From NCBI GenBank assembly GCA_016783715.1, contig JADHWA010000001.1, positions 118 through 64,117 of the forward strand: a stretch of DNA of 64,000 bases, given 5' to 3'. Position 1 is the stretch's first letter, and the number at the start of each line of letters is the position of its first letter. The DNA comes from Candidatus Omnitrophota bacterium. GTDB lineage: Bacteria > Omnitrophota > Gorgyraeia > Gygaellales > Profunditerraquicolaceae. Shown here piece after piece: positions 1 through 9,345 of this stretch. A program made the translations under genes and the position numbers. The notes beneath the pieces are model-generated. The model saw only the letters and a program-made list of their open reading frames with translations, had not been told where the DNA came from and did no database searches.

Positions 1-40
1 CATCTTGACTTAGTAATAACACTCGTCTAAAAAGTTAAAG

Positions 41-496
41 CTATTCTTGGTCATCCTGACTATCTACAAGTTGAAAATCAACCACCTGCAAAGTATTAAG
101 TTCCCTATCGCAAATATGCGTCTCCACTATTTCGTTATCAAAAACATTTTTGGATATATGAGCGGCAAACAGGCCAGCGGCTCTTAAAAATTCCTCATCC
201 TCGCCCTGATCATCCCTTACTACCATGCGGAATTGATAAACATTACCTTCTTTTGCTAACTGCACGGTGGCGGGATTCTCTCCTTGGAAAAAACCAGTCT
301 CTAATAAGTATTCTCCAAGTTTCTGGGCTTTCTCTTTTGTAACATCAGGAGTATAAAAAAGCTCGCTATCGTTATACTCTAATTTCCCACCCTGTTTGGG
401 GGGAGATTTCTGCGTACATCCGCTAATAAACAGTGCAAAAAATATGAACACAAGAAGAACCACAGATCTAGTTCTATACCGCTTAAAATAACGCAT
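41..496 (-). CDS. hypothetical lipoprotein (signal peptide plus lipobox-like Cys, FISGC)
   Basis: N-terminal hydrophobic segment then Cys; no recognisable domain. Confidence 0.4.
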   Translation of the reverse strand: MRYFKRYRTRSVVLLVFIFFALFISGCTQKSPPKQGGKLEYNDSELFYTPDVTKEKAQKLGEYLLETGFFQGENPATVQLAKEGNVYQFRMVVRDDQGEDEEFLRAAGLFAAHISKNVFDNEIVETHICDRELNTLQVVDFQLVDSQDDQE

Positions 497-515
497 CGCT
501 ATCTCCTCTTATGAT

Positions 516-1139
516 TTAGAGAACAATCCTCTTAGTTACTCTAATAAAATTCTTCAGCTTCTGCGGGTCCTTCTTCCCCGGCCTGCTCTCCACTGAGCTT
601 GAGAGATCAACCCAGTCAGGCCTGACCTGTCTAATCGCTCTGGCAACATTCCTTTGATTCAGGCCGCCGGAGAGGATAATCTTTGCTTTTGCATCTTTTA
701 GTTCTGCGAGCAGGCTCCAGTTGAAACTTGTTCCTGTCCCGCCCGGCTTTGACCTCTTAAAGGTATCAAAGAGGTAAGCATAAGTCTTGAATTTGAGGAT
801 TTTGCGCAGGGGAATTTTATCTTTGATGCGAAAGGCCTTGATTACCCGGTAATTTTTGAATCTCCGGCAGAATTCAGGCGATTCACTGCCGTGAAGCTGC
901 AACATATCAAGAGAGCAGAATTCCGCTGTCTGGTAAATCAAATCCCAGCCGGCATTTACGAATACACCGACCTTAACTATCCTTTTGGGAAGCTTCTTGA
1001 TGATCTGTTTTGCTCTAAAAGGAAAGATGTGCCGGGGGCTATCTTGGTAAAAAACAAAACCCAAGGCATCCGCCCCTGCCCTGACTGCGGCTTGGGCGTC
1101 TTCCAGATTGGTTATCCCGCAAATTTTAACTTTTACCAT
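516..1139 (-). CDS. trpF: phosphoribosylanthranilate isomerase
   Basis: N-terminus MVKVKICGIT..AGADALGFVF, typical PRAI. Confidence 0.85.
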   Translation of the reverse strand: MVKVKICGITNLEDAQAAVRAGADALGFVFYQDSPRHIFPFRAKQIIKKLPKRIVKVGVFVNAGWDLIYQTAEFCSLDMLQLHGSESPEFCRRFKNYRVIKAFRIKDKIPLRKILKFKTYAYLFDTFKRSKPGGTGTSFNWSLLAELKDAKAKIILSGGLNQRNVARAIRQVRPDWVDLSSSVESRPGKKDPQKLKNFIRVTKRIVL

Positions 1140-1173
1140 TAAGTTAATAGGGCGTCACAAAAGTGCCGCCCTT

Positions 1174-1256
1174 GATTACGGTGATTAAAAATACAGATTG
1201 CAGAGATTATTTATCGACGAAACAATCTCTGTAATCTTATTAAAATCTCTGTAATC
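1174..1256. repeat. GATTACA-box element (trpC to trpF spacer): 2 direct + 2 inverted 14-mers
   Basis: GATTACGGTGATTA, GATTGCAGAGATTA, then AATCTCTGTAATC x2; flanked by the direct repeat ATTAAGTTAAT at 1138 and 1289. Confidence 0.6.
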
Positions 1257-1311
1257 ATAGGCTGGCACGAGTTTCGTGACAGCCTATTAAGTTAATCTAT
1301 AGAAGCTCTAA

Positions 1312-2103
1312 CTACCAACCCATCATATTTTCGACAGCTGCCTTTAGATCCGGCTCTTTCATAAAGGCTGTGCCGATCAGGCAGGCCTGGATACCCAGAA
1401 TCTTTAAGAACATTACATCCTGCTTGCTTTTTATGCCACTCTCTACAACTACGGTCTTATCCTTGGGTATCAAAAGATAAAGCCTTTCGGTGGTTTTGGA
1501 GTCAACCTCCAGTGTATGCAGGTTGCGGTTATTTATCCCAATCAGGTTAACTGCTTTTAACTTCAAGACTTTTTTCAGTTCCCTCTCATCATGCACCTCA
1601 ACCAATGCAGAGATCCCCAACTCCTGGGCAATCTGCGTGAAACTGGCAATCTGCTCCTGGGTCAGGAGATCGGCGATAAGAAGAAGGGCATCTGCGCCGT
1701 AGTAACGAGATTCATAGATCTGGTATTCATCAATGATAAAATCCTTGCGCAAGATCGGCACCTGGGTTAACTCCTTGACCTCTTTTAGATAATTGATATC
1801 CCCCTGGAAATAATCTTCTTCAGTCAAGACTGATATCGCCTGCACCTCTGTCTCCTGATAGGCTTTGGCGATCTCCAGATGGTTGAAATCCTGGCGGATC
1901 ACTCCTTGCGAAGGCGAGGCCTTCTTGATCTCTGCGATCAGCGAGATCTGGCGCGGCTTGTTTATTGCTTTTAAGAAGTCCCGCGTCGGCGCAAGCTCCG
2001 GAATTGCACTTTTAATCTGCTCCAGAGGCAGGGCTTCAATACACAGAGCGAGTCTTTCTTTCTTCTTAGCAATAATCTCTTTTAAGACATCTTTCTTGGC
2101 CAT
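1312..2103 (-). CDS. trpC: indole-3-glycerol phosphate synthase
   Basis: IAEIKKASPSQG and IGINNRNL motifs. Confidence 0.85.
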   Translation of the reverse strand: MAKKDVLKEIIAKKKERLALCIEALPLEQIKSAIPELAPTRDFLKAINKPRQISLIAEIKKASPSQGVIRQDFNHLEIAKAYQETEVQAISVLTEEDYFQGDINYLKEVKELTQVPILRKDFIIDEYQIYESRYYGADALLLIADLLTQEQIASFTQIAQELGISALVEVHDERELKKVLKLKAVNLIGINNRNLHTLEVDSKTTERLYLLIPKDKTVVVESGIKSKQDVMFLKILGIQACLIGTAFMKEPDLKAAVENMMGW

Positions 2104-2104
2104 T

Positions 2105-3112
2105 CTAAGTATTTGAATACTCCTTTAACAGGTTTAATTTATTTAATGCCTTTTTGGAATCGATTGAGTCCCTGGCGATGCCAATGCCTTCTTTGATCGA
2201 CCCTGCCTGATCAGCCGCATAGAGCCCAGCTGCGGCATTCAGCAACACTATATCTCTGACCGGCCCGCTTTTACCCTCTAATAGATCCAGAAGTATTTTA
2301 GCGTTCAATGATGCATCCCCTCCTGCTAAATCGCTGATTTTGGCTTTTTTGATACCGAAATCCTCCGGCGCGATCTCATAGTCAGTGATCTTTCCGTTAT
2401 TCTCTTCAGAGACCTCTGTTGAATCGGTGGTAGTTATCTCATCCAACCCATCCTTACCAGCCACCACTAAGGCATGCCTGGTCCCAAGTTTCGCCAATAC
2501 CTCGGCAAAACTTCTCGTCCATTCCTTACCGAAGACTCCAATCAGCTGGTGAGTGGCTCCGGCGGGATTGCTTAAAGGGCCGATCAGGTTGAATATCGTA
2601 CGCCTGGCTATCTGTTTTCTTGCCGGCATCGCGTATTTCATAGCCGGGTGCAGGCTCTGGGCAAAGAGAAATGCAATCCCTATTTTGTCCAGACACTCTT
2701 GTATCTTATCCGGAGTCATCTTGATATTTATACCTAAAGCCTCTAATATATCGGCGCTCCCGCATTTACTGGATACACTGCGGTTACCGTGCTTTGCCAC
2801 TGCTACCCCACTGCCACCAACTACAAAGGCCACTGCCGTAGAAATATTAAAGGTCCCCTTTTTGTCTCCGCCGGTCCCGCAGGTATCCAGGAGAACTTTT
2901 TGTTTTGTCTTGATCCTGGTGGCGTGCCTGCGCATTACCTTAACCGCGGCGAGCAGCTCATCCGGCGTCTCGCCTCTATTGCTCAACTGGGTTAAGAAAG
3001 AGACTACATCGGCAACTTCGGATTCTCCGCCCATTATCTCCTCCATCACCTGCTCGGTCTCTAGAGTAGATAAATCACGAGCCCTTAAGATCTTTACTGC
3101 TTCTTTAATCAT
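2105..3112 (-). CDS. trpD: anthranilate phosphoribosyltransferase
   Basis: GTGGDKKGTFNISTA and AKHGNRSVSSKCGSADILEALG motifs. Confidence 0.9.
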   Translation of the reverse strand: MIKEAVKILRARDLSTLETEQVMEEIMGGESEVADVVSFLTQLSNRGETPDELLAAVKVMRRHATRIKTKQKVLLDTCGTGGDKKGTFNISTAVAFVVGGSGVAVAKHGNRSVSSKCGSADILEALGINIKMTPDKIQECLDKIGIAFLFAQSLHPAMKYAMPARKQIARRTIFNLIGPLSNPAGATHQLIGVFGKEWTRSFAEVLAKLGTRHALVVAGKDGLDEITTTDSTEVSEENNGKITDYEIAPEDFGIKKAKISDLAGGDASLNAKILLDLLEGKSGPVRDIVLLNAAAGLYAADQAGSIKEGIGIARDSIDSKKALNKLNLLKEYSNT

Positions 3113-3672
3113 AACTTTAGGAAATTCCCCAACAATTTCTTCCCCTGCTGGGTAAGAATGGATTCGGGGTGAAACTGCACCCCCCAGAGAGGAAACCTCT
3201 TGTGCTTTATCCCCATAATCTCCTCACTCTTGGTCCAGGCAATAATATCGAAGCACTTCGGCAGGGCCGTCTTTGCAACAATCAGTGAATGGTAACGGGT
3301 AGCCTCAAAGGGACTGCTTATTCCTTTGAAGATATCCTTCTTGTTGTGATAGATAAGAGAGGTCTTCCCGTGCATCAATCTACGCGCTCCGACAATCTTA
3401 GCCCCAAAAACGTACCCCACTGCCTGGTGGCCAAGACATACTCCAAGGATCGGGACTTTCGAAGCAAACTCCTTTATCACCCTGCATGATATGCCTGAGC
3501 CTTCCGGGCGGCCCGGCCCGGGCGAGATCACTATTTTTTTTGGAGAGAGTTTCTTAATCTTTTCTATAGTTATCTTATCATTACGAAATACCTTTATCCT
3601 GACACCCAGCTCCCCTAAATATTGCACGAGATTGTAGGTAAAAGAGTCGTAATTATCAATCATTAAAATCAT
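3109..3672 (-). CDS. trpG: anthranilate synthase component II / glutamine amidotransferase
   Basis: MILMIDNYDSFTYNL, GVCLGHQ, HPES class-I GATase motifs; overlaps the trpD start. Confidence 0.8.
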   Translation of the reverse strand: MILMIDNYDSFTYNLVQYLGELGVRIKVFRNDKITIEKIKKLSPKKIVISPGPGRPEGSGISCRVIKEFASKVPILGVCLGHQAVGYVFGAKIVGARRLMHGKTSLIYHNKKDIFKGISSPFEATRYHSLIVAKTALPKCFDIIAWTKSEEIMGIKHKRFPLWGVQFHPESILTQQGKKLLGNFLKL

Positions 3673-3677
3673 AGGCC

Positions 3678-4940
3678 TTACTCTTTATCTTTTTTGATAC
3701 GAGCCCCTAATTCCTCTAACTTCTTCTCCATATTCTCGTACCCGCGCTCAAGATGGTAGATCCTGGTTACTGTGGTTTTCCCTTTAGCTATCAGTCCTGC
3801 TAAAACCAAAGATGCCGAGGCCCGCAGGTCAGATGCCATTACTACCGCTCCGGATAAATCTTTATTGCCAGAGATTATCGCATGCGGCCCTTCCCGCTGG
3901 ATATTTGCTCCCATGCGGTTTAACTCAGCGACATGCATAAATCTATCGGGGTAGATCTTTTCGGTTACAACGCTGATACCGGGAGTCACGCTCATCAGGC
4001 TCGTAAACTGCGCCTGCATGTCAGTGGGGAATCCCGGAAAAGGAAGTGTGGTAATGTTAACCGGTTTTATCTGACGACGGCAAGATACTCGAAGCGAAGA
4101 ATCCATTCTCCTAACTTGTACCCCTGCCTCCTGGACCTTATCAATCAAAGCCCCCAGATGCTGACTCAAGACATTCTTTATTGTAATATCCCCCCTGGTA
4201 ATTAAAGAGGCCAGGATAAATGTTCCGGCCTCGATCCTGTCCGGGATAATCCTGTGCTCGGCCCCATGCAAGTGCTTTACCCCCTCTATTTCGATAACCG
4301 GGGTACCGTGCCCTGAGATTTCAGCACCCATCTTAATCAGAAATTCCGCCAGATCCGCTACTTCAGGCTCACAGGCAGCGGATTCGATTGTGGTCTTCCC
4401 CCGGGCTAAAACCGCAGCCATCATTACATTGTCGGTCGCCAGCACCGAAGAGCCAAATACGCCGCCTAGATAAATCAGATTACCTTTAAGTGAATCTGCA
4501 GAGGCCGATATATATCCGGCATCAATATCTATATCAGCTCCCAGAGCCTTTAGGCCTTTGATGTGCAGGTCCACCGGCCTGATCCCAATTACGCATCCTC
4601 CGGGATATGAGACCTTTGCTTTCTTGAGTTTGGCCAAAAGCGGGCCCAATACGCAAAAAGAGGCCCGCATCTTAGATACCAATTCGTAATCTGCGATATG
4701 GCTTTTTCTCCTGCCGGATGTAACCGTAGCTATCCCCCTGTCAAACTCCACATTTTTACCAAGGGTCCGCAGGATCTTAAACATTGTCTCGGTATCGCGT
4801 AACTCCGGAATCCCTTTAATTATACAGGCATCATCAGTCATTAAGGTCGCCGCAAGTATCGGCAATGCCGAATTCTTCGCTCCCGATATCGAAACCTCTC
4901 CCTTAAGAGCTACCCCGCCTTCTATCACTAACTTATCCAT
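3678..4940 (-). CDS. murA: UDP-N-acetylglucosamine 1-carboxyvinyltransferase
   Basis: [20 protein letters not shown]-terminus. The ORF track starts 5 codons earlier (MRSLN) from an ATG created by the upstream repeat element; the likely start is the ATG at 4940. Confidence 0.9.
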   Translation of the reverse strand: MDKLVIEGGVALKGEVSISGAKNSALPILAATLMTDDACIIKGIPELRDTETMFKILRTLGKNVEFDRGIATVTSGRRKSHIADYELVSKMRASFCVLGPLLAKLKKAKVSYPGGCVIGIRPVDLHIKGLKALGADIDIDAGYISASADSLKGNLIYLGGVFGSSVLATDNVMMAAVLARGKTTIESAACEPEVADLAEFLIKMGAEISGHGTPVIEIEGVKHLHGAEHRIIPDRIEAGTFILASLITRGDITIKNVLSQHLGALIDKVQEAGVQVRRMDSSLRVSCRRQIKPVNITTLPFPGFPTDMQAQFTSLMSVTPGISVVTEKIYPDRFMHVAELNRMGANIQREGPHAIISGNKDLSGAVVMASDLRASASLVLAGLIAKGKTTVTRIYHLERGYENMEKKLEELGARIKKDKE

Positions 4941-4942
4941 AT

Positions 4943-5120
4943 TTAATGAGCGCATAACTTAGCGAAGCTAAGTTATAGCGTCCGTTATTTTACTTGTATA
5001 TAAGCGTGCGCGAATTAACCCAGCACTTATTTGGCATGTGCTTAGCATTCAACAAATAAGTGCTGGGCAAATTCCCCCGCACCCAAACAAGTAGTAGTAT
5101 ACACTTGACTGGGTGCGGGG
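4943..5120. repeat. type-A three-hairpin intergenic repeat element (fills the prmC stop to murA start spacer)
   Basis: hairpins ATAACTTAGC-GAA-GCTAAGTTAT, CCCAGCACTTATTTG..CAAATAAGTGCTGGG, CCCCGCACCCA..TGGGTGCGGGG; linker GCGAATTAA; termini AATGAG / TCATTT. Confidence 0.7.
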
Positions 5121-5948
5121 TCATTTGACCTTTTGCGCTATAATGATTCTCTCTATATTATTATAATCTCTAATTATCCTATAAACAGAAAAATCTTTCC
5201 TCTTTTTTAAAATACTCTCTACGGGCCTCCTCTGATTCAACCCGATCTCCAGGGCCAGAAACCCACCTGGCTGGAGATGTTTTAAGGAGCCAGCGATTAT
5301 CCTGCGATAAAAGTCTAATCCATCCCTGCCGCCATCTAAGCCAATACGCGGTTCATAACCAATCTCAGACGCCAAATTATCGATCTCTCCAGAGACAATA
5401 TAAGGCGGATTACTGACAATAATGTCGCATGTCGCATGTCGCATGTCGCATGTCGCAAACAAATCAGATTGGATAAACTCTATCCTTTTATCTACATAGT
5501 GCAAAGAGGCGTTATTTTTGGCTACTTCAAGCGCTTTCTCTGAAATATCAGTAGCGGTTATTGCTACCTGTGGTAATAATTTAGCCAGCGATACCGCAAT
5601 ACATCCCGAACCGGTACCTATCTCTAAGATCCTCCTACGATTAGCGATATGCGATAAGCGATTAGCTAACTTTATTATTGCTTCTACTAAAAGTTCTGTT
5701 TCCGGACGCGGGATAACCACTCCGGGATTTACCTTAAATTCAAAGCCCATAAATTCCTGTTTACCTAATATATACTGCAGGGGCTCACCTTTGGCTCTTC
5801 GTTTTAGAACAGAAGAGATCAAGCGCAATTGACTCTTATTAGGGGCCGGAGGTCTGCGGCTATAGAGGTCAATGCGATTGCACTTTAGAACATCGGTAAA
5901 TAATAATTCAGCTTCGTTCACCCAGCCTTTCCTCCTACTTGTACCCAA
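5121..5948 (-). CDS. prmC: release factor glutamine N5-methyltransferase
   Basis: IVSNPPYI motif, AdoMet-binding GTGSG; start uncertain (TTG as called; the N-terminus lies in a tandem repeat). Confidence 0.8.
   Translation of the reverse strand: MGTSRRKGWVNEAELLFTDVLKCNRIDLYSRRPPAPNKSQLRLISSVLKRRAKGEPLQYILGKQEFMGFEFKVNPGVVIPRPETELLVEAIIKLANRLSHIANRRRILEIGTGSGCIAVSLAKLLPQVAITATDISEKALEVAKNNASLHYVDKRIEFIQSDLFATCDMRHATCDIIVSNPPYIVSGEIDNLASEIGYEPRIGLDGGRDGLDFYRRIIAGSLKHLQPGGFLALEIGLNQRRPVESILKKRKDFSVYRIIRDYNNIERIIIAQKVK
5422..5456. repeat. heptamer microsatellite (ATGTCGC)x5 inside prmC coding sequence
   Basis: perfect 5 copies; encodes ATCDMRHATCD just before NPPY. Confidence 0.85.
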
Positions 5949-6043
5949 CCCTTTGGAAAGGCTGGGTCCTCCTACTTGTACCCAACCCTTTAGAAGGGCT
6001 GGGTCCTCCTATTTGTTTCCCAGTCCTTTATGAAGGGCTGGGT
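5931..6043. repeat. tandem repeat, 3 copies of 37-39 bp (CCTCCTACTTGTACCCAACCCTTTGGAAAGGCTGGGT) spanning the prfA stop and prmC start
   Basis: units at 5931-5967, 5968-6004, 6005-6043; the third unit encodes the prfA C-terminus. Confidence 0.8.
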
Positions 6044-7106
6044 CCTCTGCTGCCTTGATCAGAGCCAGAGAGACCTCATCAAGATCACCATCAAGCACTG
6101 CTTCTAATCGATGTATGGTAAAATTAATCCGATGGTCAGTAACCCGGCGGTCCGGAAAATTATAGGTACGGATCTTCTCGCTGCGATCCCCGGTACCGAT
6201 CTGTGAACGCCTCTCCTGGGAGACCTTCTTAGATTCCTCATGTTGTTTGGCATCCAGTAGGCGGGCGCGCAGTATACGCATTGCCCTAACTTTGTTTTTT
6301 CCCTGAGAACGCTCATCCTGACAGGCTACTACCGTACCGGTGGGGATATAGGTAATTCTCACTGCCGAATCAGTCTTTTGCATATGTTGGCCGCCGGGGC
6401 CGCTGGAGCGGTAAGTATCGATCCTCAGATCTTTGGCATCGATCTTTAAGTCTACTTCCTTAGGCTCAACCAGCACCGCTACCGTGGCCGTAGAGGTATG
6501 TATCCTCCCCTGCGCTTCGGTAACCGGAACACGCTGCACCCGGTGGACACCGCTTTCAAATTTAAGCCTCTTATAGGCATTCGGCCCTTTTACGCTAAAA
6601 GATACGTCTTTAAATCCCCCTGACTCATTGGTACTAGCTGACATCAACTCGACCTTCCACCCTTTATTGGCGGCATATTTTGTATACATCCGGTAAAGAT
6701 CAGCGGCAAATAGACCAGCCTCGTTTCCTCCGGTCCCCTGCCTGATCTCAACGATCAGATCCCTGCCCAAATCCTTGTCTTCTCCGGAAAGCATCTTCTT
6801 CAGGCGCTGCTGGAGGTCAACCCTCTTATTATTTAATTCCTCCGTCTCCTTTCGGGCCAGCTCCAGAAATTCTTCATCATGCTTCTCCTCTAAAACCTTT
6901 GCCAGATCGAGGATCTCGGCCGACACCCGCTGATACTCTAGAAACAACGCTACCGGCCCCCTAAGAGAAGCCATCTCCTTTGCGTATTTATTACACTCCT
7001 CCCTGTTTGAAATCACCTCAGGAGAAACTAAGAGCGCTTCCAGTTCCTGATATCTTTTTTTCATTGTTTCCAGCTGCTCGAACATAATAGTAAAACTCCC
7101 TGGCAC
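6009..7106 (-). CDS. prfA: peptide chain release factor 1
   Basis: GGQ motif ([10 protein letters not shown]), PVT tripeptide region, RF1 length. Confidence 0.9.
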   Translation of the reverse strand: MPGSFTIMFEQLETMKKRYQELEALLVSPEVISNREECNKYAKEMASLRGPVALFLEYQRVSAEILDLAKVLEEKHDEEFLELARKETEELNNKRVDLQQRLKKMLSGEDKDLGRDLIVEIRQGTGGNEAGLFAADLYRMYTKYAANKGWKVELMSASTNESGGFKDVSFSVKGPNAYKRLKFESGVHRVQRVPVTEAQGRIHTSTATVAVLVEPKEVDLKIDAKDLRIDTYRSSGPGGQHMQKTDSAVRITYIPTGTVVACQDERSQGKNKVRAMRILRARLLDAKQHEESKKVSQERRSQIGTGDRSEKIRTYNFPDRRVTDHRINFTIHRLEAVLDGDLDEVSLALIKAAEDPALHKGLGNK

Positions 7107-7133
7107 CTACCTACTATCTACTAACTACTGATT

Positions 7134-7343
7134 TTAGTCTTTCTTTTTCTTCCCATATTTCTTCATATATTTATCTACCCGGCCTGCTGAATCAACGAAT
7201 TTCTGCTTACCGGTAAAGAAGGGGTGGCAGTTGGAGCAGACCTCCACTCTGATGTTCGGTTTTGTCGAGCGGGTATGTATGGTATTCCCGCAGGCACAGA
7301 CCACTACGCTATCCTGGTATTTTGGGTGAATCTTATCTTTCAT
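7134..7343 (-). CDS. rpmE: 50S ribosomal protein L31
   Basis: MKDKIHPKY..Cxx[14 protein letters not shown]. Confidence 0.85.
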   Translation of the reverse strand: MKDKIHPKYQDSVVVCACGNTIHTRSTKPNIRVEVCSNCHPFFTGKQKFVDSAGRVDKYMKKYGKKKKD

Positions 7344-7353
7344 TTTAACCTCC

Positions 7354-7476
7354 TAAATGAGTCCCGCAAATGTGGGACGAATTTTTGAGCACAACGCTCG
7401 TTTCTGTTTAGCGAAATCCCGCAAGCGCGGGGATCCCGCGTCCGCCGTTGCTCAGATATCTCGGACGGGGGATCTT
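7354..7476. repeat. type-B two-hairpin repeat element (rho stop to rpmE start)
   Basis: TAAATGAG + GTCCCGC..GTGGGAC + GAATTTTT .. CCCGCAAGCGCGGG .. GGGGGATCT. Confidence 0.55.
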
Positions 7477-7486
7477 TCTTCTTTTT

Positions 7487-8743
7487 TTACTGGTTCATAC
7501 TGTTTAAAAACTCTTCATTATTCTTTGTTTTACTCAGCTTGTCGATCAAAAGCTCCATTGCCTCGACATTATTTAATTCATTAAGCACCTTTCTTAAGAT
7601 CCAGGCCTTCTGCAGGATATCAGGCTTAAGCAGCAGCTCCTCATGACGGGTATTGGAGCGCTTGATATCGATTGCAGGATAGATCCTCCTCTGGAATAAA
7701 TTCCTATCCAGCTGCAATTCCATATTGCCGGTACCTTTGAATTCCTCAAAGATAACCTCATCCATACGGCTGCCGGTGTCCACCAGAGCTGTGGCGATGA
7801 TGGTCAGACTCCCCCCCTCCTCGACTGCGCGCGCAGCACCGAAGAAACGCTTAGGCTTCTGCAGGGCATTGGAATCTATACCTCCGGATAACACCTTACC
7901 GCTATGCGGGATAACCGAGTTGTATGCCCGGGCTAAGCGGGTAATACTATCCAGGAGGATTACTACATCCCGCTTATGCTCAACCAGTCTCTTGGCTTTC
8001 TCTAATACAACCTCGGCAACCTGAACATGCCTCTCCGGCGGCTCATCGAAAGTGGAAGATATGACTTCCCCCTTGACGCTTCGCTGCATATCGGTAACCT
8101 CCTCCGGACGTTCATCGATTAACAGGACTATCAGAATACAATCGGGATTATTATTCACTATAGCGTTGCCGAGCTTCTGCAATAAAACGGTCTTGCCGCT
8201 GTAGGGCTGTGCGACGATCAGTCCGCGCTGCCCCTTCCCGATAGGAGTCAAGAGATCCATGATCCGCATCGAGGTCTCTTTGGGGGTAGTCTCTAAGACA
8301 AAATTTTCCCTCGGGTAGATAGGCGTAAGGTTATCAAAGAGGATCTTATCTTTTGATTCTTCGGGATTCTCGAAATTCACCGCCTGGACCTTAAGCAGGG
8401 CAAAGTACTTCTCTCCCTCTTTCGGAGGACGTATCTCACCGCTTACGGTATCACCGGTCTTAAGGTCGAATTTCCTTATCTGCGAAGGTGATATGTATAT
8501 ATCGTCCGGGCAGGGCAGGTAATTGTAGTTAGGAGAGCGCAGGAAACCAAACCCCTCAGGAAGGATCTCTAAGATCCCCTCTCCGAACATCAGGCCTTCT
8601 TTTTCTGCCTGCCCCTGAAGGATCTTAAAGATCAGCTCCTGTTTTTTCAGTCCGCTTATTCCGTTTACACTGAGCTCTTTGGCGCGTTTATTGAGCTCGG
8701 TTATCTTCATATCTTTTAACTTTTGGATATCTAATTTTTCCAC
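7487..8743 (-). CDS. rho: transcription termination factor Rho
   Basis: N-terminal rho domain, Walker A GKT, RecA-like core; GTG start with AGGAGG 6 nt upstream. Confidence 0.9.
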   Translation of the reverse strand: MEKLDIQKLKDMKITELNKRAKELSVNGISGLKKQELIFKILQGQAEKEGLMFGEGILEILPEGFGFLRSPNYNYLPCPDDIYISPSQIRKFDLKTGDTVSGEIRPPKEGEKYFALLKVQAVNFENPEESKDKILFDNLTPIYPRENFVLETTPKETSMRIMDLLTPIGKGQRGLIVAQPYSGKTVLLQKLGNAIVNNNPDCILIVLLIDERPEEVTDMQRSVKGEVISSTFDEPPERHVQVAEVVLEKAKRLVEHKRDVVILLDSITRLARAYNSVIPHSGKVLSGGIDSNALQKPKRFFGAARAVEEGGSLTIIATALVDTGSRMDEVIFEEFKGTGNMELQLDRNLFQRRIYPAIDIKRSNTRHEELLLKPDILQKAWILRKVLNELNNVEAMELLIDKLSKTKNNEEFLNSMNQ

Positions 8744-9345
8744 AGTTTCCTCCTGATTTTACCTACTTGAAGTTTCGTCTTTTTTATCGATCCGTTATTA
8801 TCTATTACAAAATCCGCCATGCGGACCTTACAGGATAAAGGGATCTGTCTCTTGGCCCTCTTTAGAATTTGGTAGTGATTAAGCCCAGACCTGCTTTTGG
8901 CTCTCTTGAGCTGCTCGGCTTCCCCTATGTCTACAACAACCAGCCGGTCAACTTCATTATGCAACCCTGCCTCGATTAGAAGCGGGGCATCCAGAATAAT
9001 TTTTGGCTTTTTACAGGCGCGAATCTCTTCTTTAATGCTCTTGATCACCTCAGGATGCACTGCCCTATTAAGCTTATCTATGGTCTTCTTACTTATAAAG
9101 GCTTTCTCTGCAAGTTTGCGCCGGTCTATACTGCCGTCTTTCCTAAGAATGCCCTTACCAAAAGAAGAGATGATTCTCCTATAGCAGGCCTCCCCCGGTT
9201 TAGTCAGCCGGCGGGCGATCCTGTCTGCATCAATCACCAGGACATCCGGTGCCGCCAGCAGCTCTGTGACGGTGGTCTTCCCGCTAGAGAAACCCCCGGT
9301 TACCCCGACGATAGTCTTCTTCTTAGCCCTTTTACACCCTCTCAT
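8731..9345 (-). CDS. coaE: dephospho-CoA kinase
   Basis: [15 protein letters not shown]-loop; the track start at 9390 would overlap glgA by 59 nt; internal ATG at 9345 preferred. Confidence 0.75.
   Translation of the reverse strand: MRGCKRAKKKTIVGVTGGFSSGKTTVTELLAAPDVLVIDADRIARRLTKPGEACYRRIISSFGKGILRKDGSIDRRKLAEKAFISKKTIDKLNRAVHPEVIKSIKEEIRACKKPKIILDAPLLIEAGLHNEVDRLVVVDIGEAEQLKRAKSRSGLNHYQILKRAKRQIPLSCKVRMADFVIDNNGSIKKTKLQVGKIRRKLWKN

Noticed and set aside
2553-3155. All plus-strand ORFs in the track (for example 2553-3155, 12362-12742, 24695-25123, 31045-31695, 49454-49870, 62334-62966)
   Set aside because: Each lies antisense inside a minus-strand gene with a strong homology call. They show no independent domain signatures and no RBS context; they are typical shadow ORFs.
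4943-5120. CRISPR array
   Set aside because: The repeats are hairpin modules of different sequence scattered across distant spacers. They are not regularly spaced direct repeats with unique spacers. No cas genes are present.
6104-6316. Same-strand nested ORFs (6104-6316, 32525-32716, 33065-33256, 41581-41793, 47442-47681, 59543-59725)
   Set aside because: They are out of frame inside prfA, trpS, rseP, the leuA-like gene and kdsB. The sequences are low-complexity.
7344-7486. Possible tRNA or other RNA gene in the structured rho-rpmE spacer
   Set aside because: There is no cloverleaf and no T-arm GTTCGAATC-like motif. The region is accounted for as a member of the type-B repeat family.
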